Positions 46,906 through 54,302 of a DNA stretch of 64,000 nt are shown here, piece by piece. The position numbers were made by a program, and so were the translations under genes. The notes below the pieces were generated by a model. The model was not told where the DNA came from and ran no database searches. It saw only the letters and a program-made list of their open reading frames with translations. How positions within the stretch are numbered: the stretch's first letter is position 1; the number at the start of each line of letters is the position of its first letter. Source of the stretch: an uncultured Candidatus Saccharibacteria bacterium (GTDB taxonomy: Bacteria > Patescibacteriota > Minisyncoccia > Phycocordibacterales > PALSA-1337); NCBI GenBank assembly GCA_964481175.1, contig CAYZSZ010000001.1:1602-65601 (forward strand). Direction: 5' to 3'.

Positions 46906-48183
46906 TTAAATCAAATCCAAGTACTCCCCATACCCCAATTCTTTCATTCTCTCTTTTGGGATAAATCTTAATGCAGCAGAGTTCATACACCACCGCTTTC
47001 CTCCTTTGTCCTGTGGTCCATCATCAAATACATGTCCAAGATGTGAGTCAGCGACAGCAGAACGGACCTCGGTGCGTTTTGTAAACAACGTATTGTCTTC
47101 GTGGAGAGTGACTGCTTTTTCTGAAATAGGTTTTGTGAAAGAAGGCCAGCCAGTTCCTGACTCGTATTTGTCTTTTGATGAAAATAGGGCTTCACCAGAA
47201 ACAATATCTACATATATTCCCTCTTCATGGTTGTCCCAATACTCATTTTCAAACGGTGGCTCCGTGCCATTTTCTTTTACTACATGATACTGGAGCTCGG
47301 TGAGCCCAGAATGTTTTTTAATGTATTCATTTCTTCCCGAAGCATTGCGGTAATATGTGTAGCGAACTGGATTCTTTTCATAATAGTCCTGGTGATAGTC
47401 TTCGGCTTTATAAAAAACAGGTCGTGGGAGGATCGGTATCGGTAGTCCTTTTGCTACTTCACGGGCGATCTTTTCTTCTTCTTTATTTCCAAAATATATT
47501 GCTGATGAGTACTGTAGTCCCCGATCGACAAAAGAGCCGGTCGTATCGTTTGGATCTGCGTGAGTCAAAATATGCTCGACTAGTTTCCGGTAATTTATCT
47601 TTGTAGCATCGTAGTGCACTTCGACTACCTCTCGGTGGCCTCCTGCTGCATAGTTTTCATATGTTGGATTAGCTGTGGTACCGCCAGCGTATCCAGAGAT
47701 GACATCTCCGACTCCACGTAGTTTTTCAAAATCTGCTTCGACACACCAAAAGCACCCACCAGCAAAGAGTGCTGTACTGTCAGCTGTCACTATTTCTTGT
47801 GTTGTTTCTGGTTTGTCTTTCCAAATATGTAGATAGACCCCGGCATAGTGGACGACAACATAGAGAAAGAAAATGTAGCCGACAACACAGGTGATCACAG
47901 TGAGTGCGACTGTATTTATGATTTCATTTCTGCGACGCTTTGCTTCATCGATCGTACATATTCCCTTTTTTCTCCTGAAATAAAGAAACAAAGCGATCAC
48001 CATGGCGATGAGTCCCGCTATACGAAAGACCCATTTGTAGTCTCCATACAGTGTGTCAGCGAGAGAGGTGGCAAAGCCCAATGTGCCGATACCAAACACA
48101 ACTAGAATCACCGGAGAAAGACAGCAGAGTGAAGCGATGATGACTGGCACAGAACTTATTTTGAGGATTTCTTTGATATTCAT
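46906..48183 (-). CDS. msrAB: MsrA-MsrB methionine sulfoxide reductase with an N-terminal 3-TM, CC-containing (MerT-like) domain
   Basis: [43 protein letters not shown]; N-terminal ASLCCL. Confidence 0.88.
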   Translation of the reverse strand: MNIKEILKISSVPVIIASLCCLSPVILVVFGIGTLGFATSLADTLYGDYKWVFRIAGLIAMVIALFLYFRRKKGICTIDEAKRRRNEIINTVALTVITCVVGYIFFLYVVVHYAGVYLHIWKDKPETTQEIVTADSTALFAGGCFWCVEADFEKLRGVGDVISGYAGGTTANPTYENYAAGGHREVVEVHYDATKINYRKLVEHILTHADPNDTTGSFVDRGLQYSSAIYFGNKEEEKIAREVAKGLPIPILPRPVFYKAEDYHQDYYEKNPVRYTYYRNASGRNEYIKKHSGLTELQYHVVKENGTEPPFENEYWDNHEEGIYVDIVSGEALFSSKDKYESGTGWPSFTKPISEKAVTLHEDNTLFTKRTEVRSAVADSHLGHVFDDGPQDKGGKRWCMNSAALRFIPKERMKELGYGEYLDLI

Positions 48184-48272
48184 GTGGTAAGTATAGCACT
48201 GTTGACTTTATGTAAAGACAATGTCATAATCCGCCTGTTAGTCAACAAAAACCAAGAGAAAGAGAGTTCTAG

Positions 48273-48869
48273 ATGTCCTTTAACATCAGAAACGTTCAAT
48301 TCGTGTTCGCACGTCACGGTCAGGCCGATCCGGCGAAAATCGGACAGCAGGACCAAGACCGGCCGCTCAATGAGACGGGAATCGAACAAGCAAAAAGCCT
48401 GGAGCGAATGCTTGTGAACATGGTCTTCGACCTCGCGCTCATTTCGCCGACGAACCGCAACTGGCAGACTGCAGAGATCGTGCTCGAAGACATGCGGCCT
48501 GAGATGATGGAACTGGAAGCCCTCCTCAATCACCAAGACGGCAGTGTCAACGCCGACATCAAAGCGATGTATGAGGAGCTTGGGCACTCCACTCTCCGTG
48601 CCTACCTCAGGCACCCAAAGGCAGAGGCGCTGCGAAGTTTTGCTGAGCATGCGGCTCGTGAAATCGAAAGCGAAGTCGCTCTTCGGGCAGACGAGGCCAC
48701 AGCGTTTGACGTCTTCGTCTCCGGCAATAGCGTCCTCATGAACGCGATCATCAGCGAGATGTTCCCCACCTGCGCCGCAAACGTACTCGACTTCGTCTTT
48801 ACCGAGGGCGGTGCGGTCAAGATCAGTGTCGACCATCATGGTGATGCGACGTTCATCGTCGTGAACTGA
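48273..48869 (+). CDS. Histidine-phosphatase superfamily protein (SixA-like), GC-rich cassette
   Basis: FARHGQA, DRPLNETG..QA, SPTNR..QTA; the second His position reads SGN. Confidence 0.8.
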   Translation: MSFNIRNVQFVFARHGQADPAKIGQQDQDRPLNETGIEQAKSLERMLVNMVFDLALISPTNRNWQTAEIVLEDMRPEMMELEALLNHQDGSVNADIKAMYEELGHSTLRAYLRHPKAEALRSFAEHAAREIESEVALRADEATAFDVFVSGNSVLMNAIISEMFPTCAANVLDFVFTEGGAVKISVDHHGDATFIVVN

Positions 48870-48871
48870 TC

Positions 48872-48935
48872 TACGGTTCGGAGCACTCCTCAAGCTTCAA
48901 CGACCCATCATGTCTCTGACCTCTGGTGGGTTTTT
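48872..48935 (+). repeat. Conserved 3' UTR element + terminator, copy A
   Basis: TACGGTTCGGAGCACTCCTCAAGCTTCAA matches 49642-49670 at 27/29 positions; CCCAyCA...TGGTGGG terminator follows. Confidence 0.85.
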
Positions 48936-49013
48936 CTATTATTGACTCACAAGGCGAATTATAGTAAAAAGATGTAGTTAGTAAACAGAACCAAAAAGAA
49001 GAAAGGTAGTCTT

Positions 49014-49637
49014 GTGACACGATTCTACAATTGCACATTGGTATTTGTCCAGCACGCCCAGGCAGCATCGGGCAGCGACGACAGAACGCGCATTCTCACC
49101 ATTGGAGGGCGGCGACAGGCTGTCGCGCTCATGGAGAGACTTGGTGGACTGAGGTACGACTTTGTCGTCATCTCACCTACGAACAGAGCCCGGCAGACCG
49201 CGGGCGCTCTCGCGGGCGACATTGAGACGACGAGAATCATCGAGATCAAATCGATGTACGGAACCTTGGTTCCGGCCGATCACCGAGATCTGTTGGGGAT
49301 GTTTGGGGATCTTGGTTACGACAGGCCTCTGGCGGATTATTTCAGCCACAGGCATAACCCTGCCCTGCGCCGACTCTCCGAGCAATGCGTCCTCGACATC
49401 CGCCAGGATCTCGGCGACGCAGTTGCTGGCAGAAACCTCTTGTTTGTCGGCCATCCTGGCCTGTTGAGCGGATTGATTTACAACATGTTCGACGAAGGCG
49501 CAATTAAAACCCTTGCCCTCACCCACGTTCTTGGCGAATGCGGAGCGATACGCATCGACACCGACGGCCAAGGCGAAGCAGTCGCTGAAGTCGTCGCACA
49601 GGGCCGCGTCGAAACAGTCACGGCAGTCGTGCACTGA
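49014..49637 (+). CDS. Histidine-phosphatase superfamily protein (SixA-like) paralog, GC-rich cassette
   Basis: FVQHAQA, R.LT.GGRRQA, SPTNRARQTA, LFVGHP. Confidence 0.8.
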   Translation: MTRFYNCTLVFVQHAQAASGSDDRTRILTIGGRRQAVALMERLGGLRYDFVVISPTNRARQTAGALAGDIETTRIIEIKSMYGTLVPADHRDLLGMFGDLGYDRPLADYFSHRHNPALRRLSEQCVLDIRQDLGDAVAGRNLLFVGHPGLLSGLIYNMFDEGAIKTLALTHVLGECGAIRIDTDGQGEAVAEVVAQGRVETVTAVVH

Positions 49638-49641
49638 CAAG

Positions 49642-49703
49642 TACGGTTCGGAGCATTCCACAAGCTTCAAAACCCCACCACGTCGGAAGACCTGGTGGGG
49701 TTA
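49642..49703 (+). repeat. Conserved 3' UTR element + terminator, copy B
   Basis: TACGGTTCGGAGCATTCCACAAGCTTCAA, then CCCCACCA...TGGTGGGG. Confidence 0.85.
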
Positions 49704-50615
49704 GTTTATTCTGATTAGGCTTTTTTCTGAATCGATTTCAATAACTGCTCCGTCTTTTATTATTTTACTTGCTACTTTTGTTTCTGTAACAAAAGGTTTT
49801 CTGAAAGCATATACGCTAGCGAAAATGGCGATGTCAGCGTGACTCGTCACCCCTCCCTCATCCGTCACGATCCCCGCAGCTTTGTGAAGTATTGGTAGGT
49901 AGAGGGGTGTGGTCATGGGAGCGACGAGGATGTCGCCTTCGTTTAGTTTGTGAAAGTCTTTGGGTGAGAGGATGATTTTGGCGATGCCTTTTACATTGCC
50001 TTTGTAGGCCACGTTCCCTTTTATTTCTTTTACCCGCTCCACTACTTCTTCGACATACTCAAAATTATTTTTCTTTAAAAACTCATCCCATGAAAGCGGA
50101 ACATAGGTACCAGAGTGAAATATAAAAGTATCTGGTACCGGGACATGTTCGACGGCTTTGTAAAAAGGCTCGAGTGCGGCATCGACGAGCTCGCGGTATA
50201 TGCGGCAGCGATTTATGATCTCTTCACTTCGATCTGTCTGTATATCAGCACTCCACATATTTGAAATATAGTATGGGACAACTGCGTGGACGTAGAGTCG
50301 GGCAAAACAATCGACGAGTTCGGGGATACTTACTTTGTCGTGCAGCTTTTGCTTGAACTGTTGTATCAAGTCTTTGCAAACATCAATATTGGTTTTAAAT
50401 GCATCCGAGTACGCATAGGCAAACATCAATGGTTTTAGCCGCGCATGCTCCTCTTCTGCTCGGATAGAGTCCATCCGCTCACCATCATACTTCATGATGT
50501 AGTGCTCGTACGCATCACCGATGAGGTCACGGAGATATTTTGTCTGAGCCAAAGAGGCTGCTTCAAACATCGGTGGAGCTATGTATCGAGTGCCCATTTT
50601 CTGAAGGCGGATCAT
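49701..50615 (-). CDS. PEP-utilising mobile (His-swivel) domain protein with variable N-terminal domain
   Basis: KG..AY.G.V.G, GDILVAPMTTP, IVTDEGGVTSHA. Confidence 0.85.
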   Translation of the reverse strand: MIRLQKMGTRYIAPPMFEAASLAQTKYLRDLIGDAYEHYIMKYDGERMDSIRAEEEHARLKPLMFAYAYSDAFKTNIDVCKDLIQQFKQKLHDKVSIPELVDCFARLYVHAVVPYYISNMWSADIQTDRSEEIINRCRIYRELVDAALEPFYKAVEHVPVPDTFIFHSGTYVPLSWDEFLKKNNFEYVEEVVERVKEIKGNVAYKGNVKGIAKIILSPKDFHKLNEGDILVAPMTTPLYLPILHKAAGIVTDEGGVTSHADIAIFASVYAFRKPFVTETKVASKIIKDGAVIEIDSEKSLIRIN

Positions 50616-50728
50616 GAAATAAATATAGCATTTTATTGATAGGCTTGAGGGGCTTGAAGTATTGCATTATATGTGTTATAGTTTTTTCCGAACAGCAACA
50701 ACAGCACCCCAAACCTTAGGAGTACCAA

Positions 50729-51172
50729 GTGAATCCCAGCAAACCCTGTAAAATTCTTTGTGTTTGTCGCGGCAACGCCGACCGCAGTCCAGCAATGGCT
50801 ACTATCCTGGATTTGTTCCTGACGCGTGCCGGCGCTAACGTCATTTGTGACAGTGCCGGCCTGACTGAAAATGCTGCCAATGGTGGCCCAGCGCCACGGC
50901 ACGTGGTGACCGCAGGCAGGCGCATCGGAATCGACCTGTCGAGACACCGCCGCAAGCACATCAACTCACTGACTCTCACAAGCTACGACCTCATCATCAC
51001 GGTGGATGACGAAGTCGCATCTGTGCTCGTCAAGGCAGGTGTGCTGCCAAGAATGATCTACAACGCGAACATCCCGAACCCTTGGCCCGTTCAGTTCCAG
51101 GAGGACTATGACCAGACGTTTGGCCTGATCCTCGCCACCATGTACCGGGTGGTCAGTCGTTACTACCCGTAA
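50729..51172 (+). CDS. Low-molecular-weight phosphatase (LMW-PTP/ArsC family), GC-rich cassette
   Basis: VCRGNADRSPAM (CX5R), SAG, GIDLSRH, YDLIITVD; TTGAAG-17-TATAGT promoter, AGGAG SD, terminator 51197-51225. Confidence 0.88.
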   Translation: MNPSKPCKILCVCRGNADRSPAMATILDLFLTRAGANVICDSAGLTENAANGGPAPRHVVTAGRRIGIDLSRHRRKHINSLTLTSYDLIITVDDEVASVLVKAGVLPRMIYNANIPNPWPVQFQEDYDQTFGLILATMYRVVSRYYP

Positions 51173-51228
51173 GCGCAGCAATCGCCTGCAGCACGCAGCC
51201 CGACCAGACGAGTTCTGGTCGGGCTGAA

Positions 51229-52293
51229 CTATTTTATTATCTTAACAACTCCAGTATTAGCATCTACTTCAACTAGGTCTCCGTCTTTAAATACTTGCGT
51301 GGCGATTTTAGTATTCGTAACACATGGTATTTTCATTTCTCGAGCTACGATGGCTGCATGGCAAAGAATACCTCCAGCGTCAGTCACAAATGCTGCTGCC
51401 TGTTGCATAATAGGTAACCACTCTGGTCGCGTCATTGTAGTCATGAGAATCTCTCCAGGTTGAAACTTATTACAATCTTCATCTCTAAAGATAATTCTTA
51501 CCCTTCCCTGAACTAAGCCGGCAAAAGCCTTTGTACCCTTAATCTCGACTGTTCCGTCTTTTACTTCAGTAATTCTTGAAATCAGTTCCCTGGCCACTTT
51601 TCCCACAAATAGTTTTGCACCTTTACTATCAGTATAAGAAACAGAGTACTCGTATCTTTCTTTAAGATTATTATAATCTGGCAATGTTCCATTCTGAATG
51701 TAGTTTTTGAACTCATTTAATGACAACGCCTGGAGATACGCTTCGTTTATATTTTCTTTTTGACTGATCAAGCTAAACACGGCACAAATATATTTCTCTA
51801 TACTTGAGTACATGTGCTCTGTGTCTTTACGGGCTTTCTCAAAAAGAGCTAGTACTTCTATTTTTCTCTGTTCATTGCCCTCAATACTTTTAATTTCATT
51901 TGAAGCCCAAATCGGCACTAGAAAGTGTGGAATTAACTTCAAGTGCAAACTCACAAATTTTTCAAATTCTTCAGCCGAAGGGATCTTTGCATCTATGCCT
52001 ATGATTTTATCTATTTCGTTTTGAATTCTACTAAGTTCAGCTACTGATTTTTCTGCATACCCTGTCAGAATAATGGAGTTTTTTGCCAGAGTCATTGCAA
52101 CCTCTTTAGTTTCAGATTCTATTCTAAAAAGTGTAACTAGACCATTTTCATACCTGAATAGTATGTGCTCAAACCCAGCACCGACTTCCTTTTTCATTTC
52201 AAAAATGTACTCTTTTGCGAAAAGCTCTATCGAAATAGCAGAATATTTTGTAGTCCAGATCTTTACCCAATTTTGTTTTTGTATATTTTCCAT
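51229..52293 (-). CDS. His-swivel domain protein with variable N-terminal domain
   Basis: GEILMTTMTRP, FVTDAGGILCHAAIVAREM, KDGDLVEVDANTG. Confidence 0.88.
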   Translation of the reverse strand: MENIQKQNWVKIWTTKYSAISIELFAKEYIFEMKKEVGAGFEHILFRYENGLVTLFRIESETKEVAMTLAKNSIILTGYAEKSVAELSRIQNEIDKIIGIDAKIPSAEEFEKFVSLHLKLIPHFLVPIWASNEIKSIEGNEQRKIEVLALFEKARKDTEHMYSSIEKYICAVFSLISQKENINEAYLQALSLNEFKNYIQNGTLPDYNNLKERYEYSVSYTDSKGAKLFVGKVARELISRITEVKDGTVEIKGTKAFAGLVQGRVRIIFRDEDCNKFQPGEILMTTMTRPEWLPIMQQAAAFVTDAGGILCHAAIVAREMKIPCVTNTKIATQVFKDGDLVEVDANTGVVKIIK

Positions 52294-53289
52294 TTATTTT
52301 ATTACCTTTACTATACCAGTATTCGCATCTACTTCAACTAGGTCTCCATTTTTGAGGAGCTGAGTCGCTTTTTTGACCCCTACCACACACGGTATTTTGA
52401 GCTCTCGAGAAGTAACCGCGGCATGGCTGATCACTCCACCGTGCTCGGATACGATCGCGCCTGAGATTTTCATAATGGGTAAAAGATCCGGTGTGGTAGT
52501 CGATGCAACGAGTATGTCTCCCTGCTCGAAAGTGTGCATGTCTTTTCGAGAGTTTATGATCTTCACTCTACCTTTAACCTTTCCGGGAAAAGCGACTTGC
52601 CCAGTCAGATCTTGCCTTTCCTCATTTGGATATTCAAAATCAAATTCGGCACAGACATCGTCCCAGGTATCATACAACCTATTATTTGTATATGCGTATC
52701 CAGCTAATCTTTTTTCTAAAACTTCATCACTTGGCAATCTGTCAGATAAAATCTCACTTAGTAAAAGTACATTGGCGTACTTGATTTTTTCTGGATATAT
52801 TTTCTTTGCAGAATTTCTAAAGACAGCAAAGCAACCTGGTGCAAAATATTCTGTATACTTTCGCATTTCGAGCAGTGCGTCAAAAGGAATACCTCGCTTT
52901 TCTCGGTACTCGATCGCCCACCACATATAGGCGATCCATGGGTAAAATATTTTGAGCTTATCGATAAAATCCTTGAACTCCTCACGTGACAAAGCTTTTT
53001 CTTCTCTCAGTGCGGTTTCTATACTTGGATAGTATGTTCGAATCTGCTGAATCGCGTATGCCTCATCATCATACTTGCCCGCTTGCTCACGTAGCCACTT
53101 TAGACCATCTGTATTACAAAAATAGTACGACAGCTTGCCATCGTTGCGACAAACGATGAAAGGCTGCACTAAAAATTCTTCTGTGCTCCACGGAAATCTT
53201 TTTGACCCCTCAAGCTCATGATGAATCTCGGTAAAACTGAGTGGTACGTCAAGATGGACTAGTTCTTCAATTTTGAGCTTCTTTTTCAT
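52294..53289 (-). CDS. His-swivel domain protein with variable N-terminal domain
   Basis: GDILVASTTTP, SEHGGVISHAAVTSREL, NGDLVEVDANTG. Confidence 0.88.
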   Translation of the reverse strand: MKKKLKIEELVHLDVPLSFTEIHHELEGSKRFPWSTEEFLVQPFIVCRNDGKLSYYFCNTDGLKWLREQAGKYDDEAYAIQQIRTYYPSIETALREEKALSREEFKDFIDKLKIFYPWIAYMWWAIEYREKRGIPFDALLEMRKYTEYFAPGCFAVFRNSAKKIYPEKIKYANVLLLSEILSDRLPSDEVLEKRLAGYAYTNNRLYDTWDDVCAEFDFEYPNEERQDLTGQVAFPGKVKGRVKIINSRKDMHTFEQGDILVASTTTPDLLPIMKISGAIVSEHGGVISHAAVTSRELKIPCVVGVKKATQLLKNGDLVEVDANTGIVKVIK

Positions 53290-54302
53290 TACTTTAAAAT
53301 TTTCACGACTCCAGTATTCGCATCTACTTCAACTAGGTCGCCGTCTTTGAGGACTTTGGTTGCTATTTTGGTGCCCACAACACATGGCACCTTGAGTTCT
53401 CGACTTGCGATCGCTGCATGGCACGTTGCCCCACCTTCATCTGTCACGATTGCACCTGCAATTTTCATATATGGAACGTAATCTGGGTTAGTCATTTCAG
53501 TTACAAGAACATCGCTTGGTTGTATCTTTGAAGCGTCAGCTTTTACTCGAACAATTTTGACAGTACCTGTGACCTTACCAATCTGTGCTGGTCTTCCTTT
53601 TATCTCGACAACCTGTTCTGCTTTCACCACCTCTAAAGAAAGACCTTGATCAGTTAATATTTTTTCTAGTTGATCAAGTGGAAAAACTCTACGATTAAGC
53701 ATAAAACAACCTTGCAGGCGCTCGAAGACTTCTGGCTTTTTGCCTTTTGCTATTGAAATAGCCTCTTCTGGCAAGAGAACAGAGACAAACTGTTTATATT
53801 GCGGATAATAGTTATTCCAAAACTCTACATATAACTTATTTGCTTCCTCAGAATATTTCTCAGCTTCGATACGACGATCGAGGGTCTCTTTTTTAAAATC
53901 TGCTGGTGCATTTTCACTATCTGGTACACCGAAGACAGTATTCATGGCTGACCACCACTCAACAAGAAGTGAATAATACTGAGCTAACTCATCTGCATTT
54001 GTAATCTTTTTTTCTTGTTTGAGATACGGAGAAAGCTGTATCCAACTTTCATCTAGCGTCTTTATTATTTCTGATTGAAAAGAAGGCTCAGTGACTTTTA
54101 CTTTTAAAAGCGACTCGATCTCTTGTAACTCGATTTGAGAATACCAGACCGAGCCTTTTTGACCCTCAGGTGAGACGATAAATAAATTGTTTTTTACTTC
54201 GTGGTTGAGAAAGCGTTTGTAACCCAAACGATCACTGTCATTCCACATTGTGAAATAGAACAATGTTTTTTCCCGAGAAAAGATGTTTGATAAAGTGATC
54301 AT
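53289..54302 (-). CDS. His-swivel domain protein with variable N-terminal domain
   Basis: DVLVTEMTNP, VTDEGGATCHAAIASREL, KDGDLVEVDANTG. Confidence 0.88.
   Translation of the reverse strand: MITLSNIFSREKTLFYFTMWNDSDRLGYKRFLNHEVKNNLFIVSPEGQKGSVWYSQIELQEIESLLKVKVTEPSFQSEIIKTLDESWIQLSPYLKQEKKITNADELAQYYSLLVEWWSAMNTVFGVPDSENAPADFKKETLDRRIEAEKYSEEANKLYVEFWNNYYPQYKQFVSVLLPEEAISIAKGKKPEVFERLQGCFMLNRRVFPLDQLEKILTDQGLSLEVVKAEQVVEIKGRPAQIGKVTGTVKIVRVKADASKIQPSDVLVTEMTNPDYVPYMKIAGAIVTDEGGATCHAAIASRELKVPCVVGTKIATKVLKDGDLVEVDANTGVVKILK

Noticed and set aside
48180-49670. Long antisense ORFs 48180..48893(-) and 49173..49670(-), and the shared 'ECSEP' peptide
   Set aside because: They are shadows of GC-rich sense genes; the shared peptide is just the reverse translation of the repeated 3' UTR.
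48237-49703. GC-rich cassettes as integron cassettes with attC sites
   Set aside because: The GTTAGT motif does not fit GTTRRRY, no RYYYAAC...GTTRRRY boxes or integrase were seen, and the cassettes carry their own promoters.
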